DNA of 64,000 nucleotides, taken from the NCBI GenBank assembly GCA_018816105.1, contig JAHIWE010000113.1, positions 13,340-77,339 on the forward strand, read 5' to 3'. Under the pieces are notes generated by a model, which saw nothing but the letters and a program-made list of their open reading frames with translations, did not search any database and was not told where the DNA came from. This stretch comes from a bacterium. Its GTDB lineage: Bacteria > Campylobacterota > Campylobacteria > Campylobacterales > Arcobacteraceae. Positions 36,248-48,653 of this stretch are shown piece by piece. Both the position numbers and the translations under genes were made by a program. Each line of letters begins with the position of its first letter. The stretch's first letter is position 1.

Positions 36248-37222
36248 ATGAAAAATAAAATTCTTGAATTAATAAAATCATCAGCAACATCAAGCGATGA
36301 TTATGAATCTTTAGTTAGTATTTTTAATTTACATGATCAACTTCAATATGCTACAAATATTAAACAAGCAGCTGAAGATATATATACGTGGCTAAATAAA
36401 GAGTTTAAAGTAGATAATCTAACTTTTTCATTATTTGATGTAAATAAAAATGATAAAGAAGAAATTTTGTCTAAGGGAAAAGAGTTTTATTTAGATGATG
36501 ACTTATCTCATTTTTTTATTATTAATACACATACAAGTTTAAATGCTATTGTATCTTTTTGTGCAACTTCAAAAGTTCATTTTAAAATTATAGAAGAAAA
36601 ATACAATATTATTGAAGCTGCTTTTTTTCAAGTATCACAAATGATTCAAAGCTGTATTTTAAAGAAAAATTTTATTGAATCTTCATCATTGGATTCTGTT
36701 ACGAATGTTTATAATAGAAACTATCTAATTGAAAACTTAACTACACACCTTAGACTTTCTAATAATAAACAAAATGAGATTTATTTTTTAATGATTGGTA
36801 TTGATCATTTTAAAGCTGTTATTGATGAGTTTGATTATGATATTGCTGATAAAGTATTAATTGAACTTGCTAAAGTAATTCACTCAAATATAAATGAATT
36901 TGATATGGTTGGAAGATTAAATGGTGATGAATTTTTAGTTTCGATTCTAAATAATGTTAGTGAATATCAAGTATGTGAACTTGCTAAAAAAATCATCTCT
37001 GATTTTGCTGAAGTTAATATACTAGTTAACAATGAAACAAAACAAACACTCAAAAAAACCATATGTATTGGCTTTGAAGTGTATAAGTTAAATAGTAGTC
37101 ATACAATTACAGATTGTATAAAAAATGCAGATATAGCATTATACGAAGCTAAAAATAAAGGAAGAAGTCAACTTTTTAAATTTAGTGATTTAGAAGAGGA
37201 AGATACTATAGAATTATTCTAA
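36248..37222 (+). CDS. Degenerate GGDEF-domain protein (NGDEF)
   Basis: 'DSVTNVYNR', 'GIDHFKAVIDEFDY', 'RLNGDEF', 'ADIALYEAKNKGRS'; paralogue of the upstream gene. Confidence 0.85.
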   Translation: MKNKILELIKSSATSSDDYESLVSIFNLHDQLQYATNIKQAAEDIYTWLNKEFKVDNLTFSLFDVNKNDKEEILSKGKEFYLDDDLSHFFIINTHTSLNAIVSFCATSKVHFKIIEEKYNIIEAAFFQVSQMIQSCILKKNFIESSSLDSVTNVYNRNYLIENLTTHLRLSNNKQNEIYFLMIGIDHFKAVIDEFDYDIADKVLIELAKVIHSNINEFDMVGRLNGDEFLVSILNNVSEYQVCELAKKIISDFAEVNILVNNETKQTLKKTICIGFEVYKLNSSHTITDCIKNADIALYEAKNKGRSQLFKFSDLEEEDTIELF

Positions 37223-37240
37223 ATTCTATAGTATGTTTTT

Positions 37241-38155
37241 TTATAAAATTTTTCTAGCTTTTACATAAACTCTTTTAGGAGCTGGGTAACCTTCTACTGT
37301 TTTTGTTTTATCGTTTTCATCTAAAAAATCTTCCAAACTTTGATCAAATGACCATGGAGTTTTTCTTTGCTCTTCACTTGTTGTAATAGTAGTAGCTAAA
37401 ACTTCAATATTTTCAAACCCTGCTCTCTCACACCAATTATTAAGAGCTGAAATTGTAGGAATAAAATATATATTTGGAATTTTAGAATATCTTTTATTTG
37501 GTGTTAAACAAATTTCCTCATCTCCATCTATCATAAAAGTATCTATTAAAATTTCACCTTTACTATTAAGTCCACGAGCAAGTGATTTTAAAGTCCCAAC
37601 AGGATCTGCTCTATGATATAAAACACCTAACATAAAAATAAAATCAAATTTATGATTGTAAAATTCTAAATGCTCAACACCTAACATTTCATACACAATA
37701 TCTGATTTAACAAAGTGATTTACAAACTCAAATTGATGTAATGTTAAAGGACTGGGATCAAAACCTACTAATCTTTTTGGTTTATCTTCAAGCATTCTAA
37801 ACATATAATAACCATTATTACAACCAATATCTGCAACTATTTTATCTTTTAGATTAAAATGTGGACGTATTAAATTATATTTAATATTACTTTGCCATTC
37901 ACTATCTATTTCTAAACCAAATATATTAAAAGGCCCTTTTCTCCAAGGAATCAATTTTTTTGCAGCATCTGTAATTAAATCAAACTCTTCTTGAGTTAAA
38001 TCTTCTTTTTTACCTACTGTAAACCAATCACCATAATCAATATCTAAATTTGATTTATCTATTTGTGATAACTTTTGGATTTGCTCATACCAAGGTTGAA
38101 CATTTTTCCATTCTCGGCATTCATTTTTTTTATTTTGTAAGGTTTCTAAATTCAT
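37241..38155 (-). CDS. cmoB: tRNA U34 carboxymethyltransferase
   Basis: 'PWRKGPF', 'IDSEWQS', 'DIGCNNGYY', 'GVLYHR', 'YSKIPNIYFIP', 'EGYPAPKR'. Confidence 0.95.
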   Translation of the reverse strand: MNLETLQNKKNECREWKNVQPWYEQIQKLSQIDKSNLDIDYGDWFTVGKKEDLTQEEFDLITDAAKKLIPWRKGPFNIFGLEIDSEWQSNIKYNLIRPHFNLKDKIVADIGCNNGYYMFRMLEDKPKRLVGFDPSPLTLHQFEFVNHFVKSDIVYEMLGVEHLEFYNHKFDFIFMLGVLYHRADPVGTLKSLARGLNSKGEILIDTFMIDGDEEICLTPNKRYSKIPNIYFIPTISALNNWCERAGFENIEVLATTITTSEEQRKTPWSFDQSLEDFLDENDKTKTVEGYPAPKRVYVKARKIL

Positions 38156-38332
38156 GGCGTAATTATAGATGTTTTAGATAAAATTTTGTCTTAAATCAAT
38201 AAAAAACAAACTTATCTTTAGTTATACTTGCTAAATAAAAAAGAAAATGAACATAAATTAATATTTCGTTAACGTGTTATTAACCTCATATTAATATAAT
38301 TCATTTTAAATTATTAATAAAAAGGATTTTTT

Positions 38333-41074
38333 TTGAAATTTTCAAATGTCTTATTCTCTTTTAAGACAACATTAATTTTACTTGCTATTTTAGCAATTGG
38401 AGCTGGATGCGCCACATTTATTGAAAATGATTTTGGTACATCATCAGCTAGAGTTTTAGTTTATAATACTATTTGGTATGAAAGTGCTCTTGTATTAACA
38501 ACTGTAAACTTAATTGGAATAATTATTAGATTTAAGATGTGGAAAAGTAGAGCTAAATTTATTTTCCATTCTTCTTTTGTAATTATTCTAATTGGTGCAG
38601 GAGTTACTAGATATGTTGGATATGAAGGTATTATGCAAATACCTGAAGGTGCAACTGAAAATAAAATGATTTCAGGAGAGCCATATTTACAAGTAACAAT
38701 TCAAGACGGAGACAAAGTATATTATCAAGAATATCAAAAAGAATTTACTTCTTTTATTACAAATGTAAATGATTTTTCTCATAAGATATTATTTGGTAAT
38801 AAATCAGTAGATATTAACTATAAAAATTTTATTTTTGCAAAAAAAGATACAGCAAAAATGGGTCTTTTAGTTGTTGATGTTACACTTGATGGAAAAACGC
38901 AAGAAATAAAACTTCCAGGACTAAGAGGTCAAAAAGGAGTTGAAAGAGATTTAATATTTGATAATGTTATCGTAAAATTAGAGTATGGTTCAAAAATCGT
39001 TTCTCTTCCTTTTTCTATTAAATTAAATGACTTCCAATTAGATAGATATCCAGGAAGTATGTCACCTTCTTCATATGCATCTGAAGTTACAGTAATAAAA
39101 GAAAATGGACAATCATATGATTATAGAATTTTTATGAACAGAACATTAAGTGAAGGAAACTTTTTGTTTTTCCAAAGTTCATATTTTCCTGATGAAACAG
39201 GAACAGTTTTATCTGTAAATAATGATCCAGGGAAATGGCCTACATATTTAGGATATTTCTTATTAACGTTAGGTTTATTATTAAATTTCTTTGATAAAAA
39301 ATCAAGATTTAGAAAATTAAGTAATTTTGTTGCTAGTAAAAATATAGCTTCAATTGCTTTGGTTTTATCATTAGCATTTGCTTCAACTTCATTACAAGCA
39401 GCTGATGAAAAAGCTATTGAAGATAATTCAAAGCAAACAGTTGAATACTTAAATAAGTTAAAAAATGAATCATTACAAACTGCACATAATTTTGGGAAAT
39501 TAGTTGTTCAAAGTAATGGTGGAAGAATGAAACCACTTTCTACTTTAAATAGAGAAATCGTTCAAAAATTAAGTGGTAAAGCTTCAATGTTAGGAATGAC
39601 TTCTGATCAATTAGTTCTAGGAATGCTAACTACTCCTGATGTTTGGAAAGATGTTAAGATGATTAAAATCCAAACTCCTAAATTAAAACAATTTTTAGGA
39701 ATTAATGAAAAAGAAAAATATATTGCTTTTTCTGAAGTTTTTAAAGATGGTGAATATTTACTTGCAGGTGAAGCTGAAAAAGCACTTCAGACAAAACCAA
39801 TTGAAAGAGGAACTTACGAAAGAGATATTATTAAAATTGATGAAAGATTAAATATTATGTATTCTGTATTTAATGGATCATTATTGAATATCTATCCAAA
39901 AGTAAAAGAAGCAGGAAGTCCAGATGATAATAGTAAATGGTTTTCTCCACTTGATGCAATACAAAACTTTACAGGACAAAATAAAACAGCTATTGAAACA
40001 ATAACAAGAGGTTTTATCAATGCTATTGTTGAAAATAAATGGGAAGATGCAAATAACTTTATTAGCATGATTTCAGTTTATCAACAAAGAGTTGGTGCTG
40101 ATGTAATGTTATCACCTTCAAAAATTGAAGCAGAGATATTTTTTAATGATTTAGATATTTTCTTTAAATTAACACTTGCATATATGTTACTTGGATTAGT
40201 TATGCTAATTGTTGCATTTGTAGTGATATTTAAACCTGATTTCAAACCAAAAAAAATAACAACACTATTTTTTATAATATTAGCTACACTATTTTCTATA
40301 CACACATTTGGTATGGGATATAGATGGTTTTTATCAGGACATGCTCCATGGTCAAATATTTATGAAACATTATTATATATCTCATGGTCAGCTGTATTTG
40401 CAGGTGTTATTTTCTTTAGAAGATCATTACTTGCTTTAAGTGCTGCTGTTATTATTGCTGGGATTTTTATGTTTACAGCCCACTTAACAGATGTTGATCC
40501 TCAAATCACAAACTTAGTACCTGTACTTAAATCATATTGGTTAACTATCCACGTTTCTATTCTAACAGCATCTTATGGATTCTTTGGACTTGGAGCAATA
40601 TTAGGTTATCTAACACTAATTATGTTTATTTTTAGAAAAAATAGACCACATGTTGATGAGATTATCAAACATGTGAGTGCTATTACTGAAATTACATTAA
40701 TTATTGGTTTATCTGCTGTTACTGTTGGAAATTTCCTTGGTGGAGTTTGGGCAAATGAATCATGGGGAAGATACTGGGGTTGGGATCCAAAAGAGACTTG
40801 GGCTTATGTATCAATCGTAATTTATGCAATTGTTATTCATTTAAGATTTATAAAATCTTTTAATAATCCATTTGTTTTTGCAACTGCTGCTTTATTAGCA
40901 TTCTCTTCAATTTTAATGACATATTTAGGAGTAAACTTCTACTTATCAGGAATGCATTCATATGCAACAGGAGATCCTGTTCCAATTCCTACATGGGCAT
41001 ATGTAACTTTTAGTATTGTAATCATTACAATTTTACTTGCCATTAGAAACAGAAATTTAAAAGAAACATTATAA
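38333..41074 (+). CDS. ccsBA: System II cytochrome c biogenesis protein, CcsB-CcsA fusion
   Basis: ResB-like N-region plus CcsA 'GHAPWS', 'LKSYWLTIHV', WWD domain 'WANESWGRYWGWDPKETW', 'GMHSYA'; TTG start. Confidence 0.93.
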   Translation: MKFSNVLFSFKTTLILLAILAIGAGCATFIENDFGTSSARVLVYNTIWYESALVLTTVNLIGIIIRFKMWKSRAKFIFHSSFVIILIGAGVTRYVGYEGIMQIPEGATENKMISGEPYLQVTIQDGDKVYYQEYQKEFTSFITNVNDFSHKILFGNKSVDINYKNFIFAKKDTAKMGLLVVDVTLDGKTQEIKLPGLRGQKGVERDLIFDNVIVKLEYGSKIVSLPFSIKLNDFQLDRYPGSMSPSSYASEVTVIKENGQSYDYRIFMNRTLSEGNFLFFQSSYFPDETGTVLSVNNDPGKWPTYLGYFLLTLGLLLNFFDKKSRFRKLSNFVASKNIASIALVLSLAFASTSLQAADEKAIEDNSKQTVEYLNKLKNESLQTAHNFGKLVVQSNGGRMKPLSTLNREIVQKLSGKASMLGMTSDQLVLGMLTTPDVWKDVKMIKIQTPKLKQFLGINEKEKYIAFSEVFKDGEYLLAGEAEKALQTKPIERGTYERDIIKIDERLNIMYSVFNGSLLNIYPKVKEAGSPDDNSKWFSPLDAIQNFTGQNKTAIETITRGFINAIVENKWEDANNFISMISVYQQRVGADVMLSPSKIEAEIFFNDLDIFFKLTLAYMLLGLVMLIVAFVVIFKPDFKPKKITTLFFIILATLFSIHTFGMGYRWFLSGHAPWSNIYETLLYISWSAVFAGVIFFRRSLLALSAAVIIAGIFMFTAHLTDVDPQITNLVPVLKSYWLTIHVSILTASYGFFGLGAILGYLTLIMFIFRKNRPHVDEIIKHVSAITEITLIIGLSAVTVGNFLGGVWANESWGRYWGWDPKETWAYVSIVIYAIVIHLRFIKSFNNPFVFATAALLAFSSILMTYLGVNFYLSGMHSYATGDPVPIPTWAYVTFSIVIITILLAIRNRNLKETL

Positions 41075-41078
41075 AACT

Positions 41079-41108
41079 TTAGAAGAACTAATTATTTAGT
41101 TCTTCTAA
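41079..41108 (+). terminator. Terminator after ccsBA
   Basis: ttagaagaactaa-ttat-ttagttcttctaa, a perfect 13-bp stem with downstream T-rich tract. Confidence 0.8.
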
Positions 41109-41205
41109 CAGTTATTTTTTCCTCTTTCTTCCTTAATTTAAATTTATTTTAAAACTTTTATGACTATTATACATATGTAAGAATTTTTATTGGTAGGATT
41201 GGCAT

Positions 41206-41925
41206 ATGACACCTGGTAAATTAGAACATGTTATTAAATGTACAAAAAACCTAAATGTGTTGTATATTGAAGATAATATATTCGTACAAAAACAAACAAC
41301 TAAAATGTTAGAATCATTTTTTAACAAAATCTATCTTGCAAATAATGGTAAAGAAGCCTTAGAATTATTTGAAAAAGAAAACCTATACAACTTAGTTATT
41401 ACAGATATTGAAATGCCTCTACTTGATGGAATTTCATTTATTGAAACAATAAGAGAATATAATAAAAAAATACCAATTATAATTTTATCAGCTCATGATA
41501 ATAAAAGTTATTTTCTAAAAACTATAAATGCAGGAATAGATGGATATATTTTAAAACCATATACCCTTGAACAAATAGTAGAAACCCTTGAATATATCAT
41601 TGAAAAGTATGACTTACAAAAAACATTTGACAATATGATAAAACTAGAGTTTAACTTTATTTGGGATAAAGATAAACGTTTGTTATATAAAGATGATTTT
41701 CAAATAAAACTATCAAAAAATGAAACAAAACTTTTTGAACTATTTATAGAAACTAATAGCATGATAAAAACTTATGAAGAGATTGAGTATTATTTATTTG
41801 ATGATTGTGATGATAATACAAAAAAAATACGAAATCTTATTAGAAGATTGAAAATTAAACTTCAATATGATTTATTTGATACTATTTATTCATATGGATA
41901 TTCACTAAAATATAGACAGGTTTAA
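41206..41925 (+). CDS. OmpR-family response regulator
   Basis: 'YIEDN', 'ITDIEMP', 'LSAH', 'ILKP', C-terminal wHTH 'TIYSYGY'. Confidence 0.92.
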   Translation: MTPGKLEHVIKCTKNLNVLYIEDNIFVQKQTTKMLESFFNKIYLANNGKEALELFEKENLYNLVITDIEMPLLDGISFIETIREYNKKIPIIILSAHDNKSYFLKTINAGIDGYILKPYTLEQIVETLEYIIEKYDLQKTFDNMIKLEFNFIWDKDKRLLYKDDFQIKLSKNETKLFELFIETNSMIKTYEEIEYYLFDDCDDNTKKIRNLIRRLKIKLQYDLFDTIYSYGYSLKYRQV

Positions 41926-44738
41926 TGAAATTTATTTTTATACTCATTTTTTTACTATTAAACATTTCTCTCTTAAATGCAAAAGATTCAAATATTAAAC
42001 TAACATCAGAAGAATTAATCTTTTTACAAAATAATCAGCCATTAAAGCTACATAACGAGGAATATTGGCCACCTTACAACTTCAATGAAAAAGGTGTTCC
42101 CAAAGGCTTTGTAATTGATTATATGAACTTACTTGCAAGTAAACTTGGAATCCAAGTTGAGTATGTTTCAGGTTATAGTTGGAATCAATTTATGGAAATG
42201 CTAAAAATAGATAAAATTGATGCAATTATAAATATTTCTAAAAATAAAAAAAGAGAAGAATTTTTTGATTTTACAAATGTTTACCATACAGCTGCAAATG
42301 CTATTTATGTAAAAAAAGGTAATGAATATATAGACTCACTGGAAAAACTAGAGGGAAAAACTATTGTAATGCCAAAAGGTTTTTTTGCTCAACAATTAAT
42401 AGAAGAACACTATCCTAAAATTAAACAAATCCTTGTAAATGACTCTCTTGAAGCATTAAGATTATTATCACTTGGAAAAGCAGATGCCACAATTGATAAA
42501 AAAAATGTTTTAGACTATTTAATATCAACAAAAAATATTTCTGAAGTTGTTCCTACTAACTATGTAGATGATGATAGATTAATAAGTTATGTAAGTATCG
42601 CTGTTTCAAAAAATAAACCTATTTTAAAAACTATTTTAAATAAAGCTCAAGATTCAGTATCAGATGAAGAATTATTAAATTTAAAAAGAAAATGGTTTGG
42701 AACAAATGAAATATTAAATAAAAAGAACTATCTAACAAAAGAAGAAAAAAGATATATATCAAATAAAAATACCATTAAAATGTGTAATATTATAAATCTA
42801 AAACCTATTGAATTTTATGAAGAAAATAAAACTCAAGGAATTAATATTGACTTATTAAATCTTATGGCAAAAAAACTTGAAATAAGATTTGAGAATATAA
42901 GAGTTAACAATTATGAAATAGCAAAACAATATTTAAAAGATGGTCTTTGTGATATATTACCAACTATAGACGAGCAGGATTTAAAAGATAATGTAATTTT
43001 CACAAATCCTATTTTAAGTTATAAATTAGCTATTATTACTCAAAAAAATAAAACTGTAGTTCAAGATATAAATGAAGTTTTAAATAAAACAATGGCTAAA
43101 AAAACAACATCTGAAAGCTTGAGTTTATTAAAAAACAAATATCCAAATATAAATATTTTTGAAACAAAAGATGATTATGAAACCTTTGAAGCGGTAAATA
43201 ACAATAGAGTATACTATGCAATTGAGCCACTTCCTGTGGTTGCTTATTATACTTCTAAGTATGCTTTTAATAATATTTTTATATCAAGATATACAGATAT
43301 TATACTAACTTCAAAAATAGCTATTTCAAAAGAAAATACTTTACTTCAAATAATTTTAAATAAAACAATAGAACAAATTAATGAAAATGAACATAGAGAG
43401 ATTTTTAATAAATGGACAAATTTTTCCATAAAAATGCCATTTGATTATAATACTCTATGGAAAATCTTAATAATGATTTTCTTAATAATAGGTATTGTTG
43501 CATATAGACAAATTATTTTAAATAAACATAATAAAAAATTAAAACTTGCTAATAATGAAATTGAGAAAAAAAATAGGCAAATAGCAAAACAAAAAGAGCT
43601 TTTTGAAAAACTTTATAATAAATCAGCAGATGGTGTTTTATTATTAAAAGATAAAAAAATTATTGATTGTAATGAAGCCGCATCTTTAATACTTAAATAT
43701 CCAAAGGAAGAGTTATTAGATAAATATTTTTATGAAATTGCACCTAAATTACAAGCTGATGGAGAAAGTTCAAATTTAAAATCAATAAAAAAAATAGATG
43801 AAGCTTTAAAAAATGGAGTTTGTAGTTTTGAATGGATGCATAAAAATAAAGATCATGAAAAATTATGGATTGAAGTTCTTTTAACATCTATTGAAATAAA
43901 TAATAACCTTGTGATTCATACTGTAATTAGAGATATAAACAAAAGAAAACAAATGGAAAAAGAGCTTGAGATTTTAACATTTTCTTTAGAAGAAAAAATC
44001 AAAGAAGAAGTTAAAAAAAATGAAGAGAAAACAGCTCAATTAATACAACAATCAAGATATGTTCAAATGGGTGAAATGATTTCAATGATAGCTCACCAAT
44101 GGAGACAACCACTAACTGCAATTACAGCAACTGCTAATAATTTATTATTAAAAAATATTTTAAATCAAGAAATTAGAAAAGAAAATCTATCTGAAGAACT
44201 AACATTAATCATAGATTATACCCAACACTTATCTTTTACAATTGATGATTTTAGAAACTTTTTTAAAACAGATAAAAAGAAAATTGAAGTAAATCTAGAA
44301 GAGACAATACAAAAAGCTATAAGTATAATAAAAACATCTTTTGAATCAAAAGAGATAGATTTAATTACAAATTACAAATACAAGGGTACAATTATTACTT
44401 ATCCTACTGAAATACAACAAGTAATTTTAGTTATGCTAAAAAATGCAGAAGAAGCATTAATAGAAAATAATTATTCATATAAAAGAATAGAAATCACAAC
44501 CTATAAAGAGGATGATTTTATAGTAATTGAAATTGAAGATAATGCTGGAGGAATTTCAGCTGATATTATCTATAAAATCTTCAATCCATATTTTTCTACA
44601 AAGAAATCAAAAGAAGGAACAGGGATTGGTCTTTATATGAGTAAAATAATAATAAATGAGCATTGTAAGGGTAAAATAACTGTTTCAAATAGCAATAATG
44701 GTGCAATTTTTAAAATAAAATTACCAATCTGCTTATAA
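41925..44738 (+). CDS. Sensor histidine kinase with two PBPb domains, PAS and HK (likely partner of 41206-41925)
   Basis: 1-nt overlap with the regulator; 'YWPPYNF', TM near aa 515-530, 'IAHQWRQPL', 'DNAGG', 'GTGIGLY'. Confidence 0.92.
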   Translation: MKFIFILIFLLLNISLLNAKDSNIKLTSEELIFLQNNQPLKLHNEEYWPPYNFNEKGVPKGFVIDYMNLLASKLGIQVEYVSGYSWNQFMEMLKIDKIDAIINISKNKKREEFFDFTNVYHTAANAIYVKKGNEYIDSLEKLEGKTIVMPKGFFAQQLIEEHYPKIKQILVNDSLEALRLLSLGKADATIDKKNVLDYLISTKNISEVVPTNYVDDDRLISYVSIAVSKNKPILKTILNKAQDSVSDEELLNLKRKWFGTNEILNKKNYLTKEEKRYISNKNTIKMCNIINLKPIEFYEENKTQGINIDLLNLMAKKLEIRFENIRVNNYEIAKQYLKDGLCDILPTIDEQDLKDNVIFTNPILSYKLAIITQKNKTVVQDINEVLNKTMAKKTTSESLSLLKNKYPNINIFETKDDYETFEAVNNNRVYYAIEPLPVVAYYTSKYAFNNIFISRYTDIILTSKIAISKENTLLQIILNKTIEQINENEHREIFNKWTNFSIKMPFDYNTLWKILIMIFLIIGIVAYRQIILNKHNKKLKLANNEIEKKNRQIAKQKELFEKLYNKSADGVLLLKDKKIIDCNEAASLILKYPKEELLDKYFYEIAPKLQADGESSNLKSIKKIDEALKNGVCSFEWMHKNKDHEKLWIEVLLTSIEINNNLVIHTVIRDINKRKQMEKELEILTFSLEEKIKEEVKKNEEKTAQLIQQSRYVQMGEMISMIAHQWRQPLTAITATANNLLLKNILNQEIRKENLSEELTLIIDYTQHLSFTIDDFRNFFKTDKKKIEVNLEETIQKAISIIKTSFESKEIDLITNYKYKGTIITYPTEIQQVILVMLKNAEEALIENNYSYKRIEITTYKEDDFIVIEIEDNAGGISADIIYKIFNPYFSTKKSKEGTGIGLYMSKIIINEHCKGKITVSNSNNGAIFKIKLPICL

Positions 44739-44771
44739 AAAGGTATAATGCAGAAAAATAAAAGGATTTTA

Positions 44772-46067
44772 ATGGAAAATAATATAATAGAAATTTTTAA
44801 AGAAATTACTTCCATTCCAAGATGCTCAAATACACATCAACCATTTATTCACTATATGAAGCAACTAGCACAAGAACTTAATTATTTATGTTTAGTAGAT
44901 GAATACAATAATATTTTATGTAAAAAAGTAAACTCAAAAGCTAAAATAGCTTTCCAATCTCATTATGATATTGTTTGTTTAAGTGATGATTGCGTACCTG
45001 AAATTGTTCAAAATGAAGATATTTTAACAGCTCTTGATTCTACACTTGGAAGTGACAATGGAATTGGCTGTTCATATATGATTGCTTTAATGTGTGAAAA
45101 ATATGATGGAGAATTTTTATTTACATCAGATGAAGAGATTGGATTAATTGGAGCAAATAATCTTGATTTACCACTAAATGCTACATATATGCTAAATCTT
45201 GATAGTGAAGAAGAAGGTGAAATTTGTATAGGTTGTGCAGGTGGAGTTGATATATTTGCAACAAATACAAATAAAAAAATTATTCCAAATGTTGATAATC
45301 TTGATTTATATGAAATTTCAATATCAAAACTTCAAGGTGGACACAGTGGTGTTGATATTGATAAAGATATTCCAAATGCAATAAAACTAATAGCAAAAAC
45401 TATTAAAGAGTGTAATGGAAAATTACTAGATATAAACGGTGGGGAAAGAATTAACTCAATTCCAGTAAATGTAAAAGCAATAATAGCAAGTGCAATAACA
45501 CCAATTGCAAGTCATGAAAATATGCTAATAGAAAAAATAGAAGCTAAAAGTGAACATTTAAATGTATTTGATGATAAAGTAATTGATTGTATTTGTGATT
45601 TCCAAAATGGTGTGAGAGCTATGAATGAAGAGTTAAAAGTAGTTCAAACTTCAATAAATATTGCAATTATCAAAACAGACATAAATGGGATAAAAATAGA
45701 ATTAAGTGCGAGATCTATGGATAATGAAGATTTAAAAGATCTAAAATTTGAAACAATAAAAGAACTTAGAAATTATAATTTTGATGTTACAACAAAAGGA
45801 AAATATCCAGCATGGAAACCTGATATTAATGAATTTACTTCAAAAATATTAGAAGTTTATAAAGAATTTAATCCAAATGCATCACTTGAAGCAATTCATG
45901 CAGGACTTGAATGTGCAATTTTCAAAGACAAATATCCACATATAAAAATAGCCTCAATTGGCCCAACAATTAAATTCCCACACTCTAGAAAAGAGCAAGT
46001 ATCTATAACTTCAGTTAAAAATGTATACAAAGTAATAAAACAAATACTTGTAGAAATGGAAAAATAA
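44772..46067 (+). CDS. pepD: Aminoacyl-histidine dipeptidase (M20C)
   Basis: 'QSHYDIV', 'LGSDNGIG', 'DEEIGL', 'NLDSEE', 'GGHSGVDI', 'IHAGLEC', 'HSRKE'. Start set at the Met after the AAAGGA SD. Confidence 0.85.
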   Translation: MENNIIEIFKEITSIPRCSNTHQPFIHYMKQLAQELNYLCLVDEYNNILCKKVNSKAKIAFQSHYDIVCLSDDCVPEIVQNEDILTALDSTLGSDNGIGCSYMIALMCEKYDGEFLFTSDEEIGLIGANNLDLPLNATYMLNLDSEEEGEICIGCAGGVDIFATNTNKKIIPNVDNLDLYEISISKLQGGHSGVDIDKDIPNAIKLIAKTIKECNGKLLDINGGERINSIPVNVKAIIASAITPIASHENMLIEKIEAKSEHLNVFDDKVIDCICDFQNGVRAMNEELKVVQTSINIAIIKTDINGIKIELSARSMDNEDLKDLKFETIKELRNYNFDVTTKGKYPAWKPDINEFTSKILEVYKEFNPNASLEAIHAGLECAIFKDKYPHIKIASIGPTIKFPHSRKEQVSITSVKNVYKVIKQILVEMEK

Positions 46068-46092
46068 AAAGATAAAAAAGAGCTTTTCTTTT

Positions 46093-46443
46093 TTATCTTG
46101 AAGTGCTACTTTTAGCCTTTTGAATATCCGAACTATATTTAAAAACCATATAATCAAACATCTTAGCTTCTTTGTTTTTTTGGAAGAAAAAAAACATTTC
46201 TACTAATCTAAAACTCATTCTAAAAAATGCTGTAAAAGGTATCATATATGTAATAAGTGTAGTGATTGTTCTATTTGGATAATACTGTTCTAGTTCTTCT
46301 TTTAACTCTTTTAAAACCAAACTCTCTTCTTGAAGTTTACTTCTATCTTGTGTTGAAATCACTCTAATTGCAATTAAAAAATTAACAACAAACATTAAAG
46401 CATTTAAATTCCAACCAATAATACAAATATCTAAATAACTCAT
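46093..46443 (-). CDS. Hypothetical membrane protein
   Basis: 116-aa ORF with two hydrophobic segments. Confidence 0.7.
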   Translation of the reverse strand: MSYLDICIIGWNLNALMFVVNFLIAIRVISTQDRSKLQEESLVLKELKEELEQYYPNRTITTLITYMIPFTAFFRMSFRLVEMFFFFQKNKEAKMFDYMVFKYSSDIQKAKSSTSR

Positions 46444-46545
46444 TAACGCTCTTTATCTTAAAATTTAAAAAAATGATTATAACCTATTTATCTTTTATAC
46501 TAAATCTATTGAGTATAATTTCATCTAAAAAAACTTTATTAATGA

Positions 46546-48498
<1,953 letters not shown>

Positions 48499-48511
48499 AT
48501 TTAAAATTTAA

Positions 48512-48543
48512 AGTACTTAGACAGAAATCTCTAAGTATTTTTA
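48512..48543 (+). terminator. Terminator after ligA
   Basis: agtacttaga-cagaaatc-tctaagtatt followed by a T-run. Confidence 0.6.
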
Positions 48544-48653
48544 TATAAATAATTATATTTAAACTAAAATTATATAAATAAAGCTAATATGCTTTTAAAA
48601 TAAAAATAATTTTGCTATTATTTCAAAAGTTAAAATATTGGAAAAAATTATTT

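Noticed and set aside
38266-38285. gttaacgtgttattaac upstream of ccsBA as an NssR box
   Set aside because: It does not fit TTAAC-N4-GTTAA spacing; weak evidence in AT-rich DNA.
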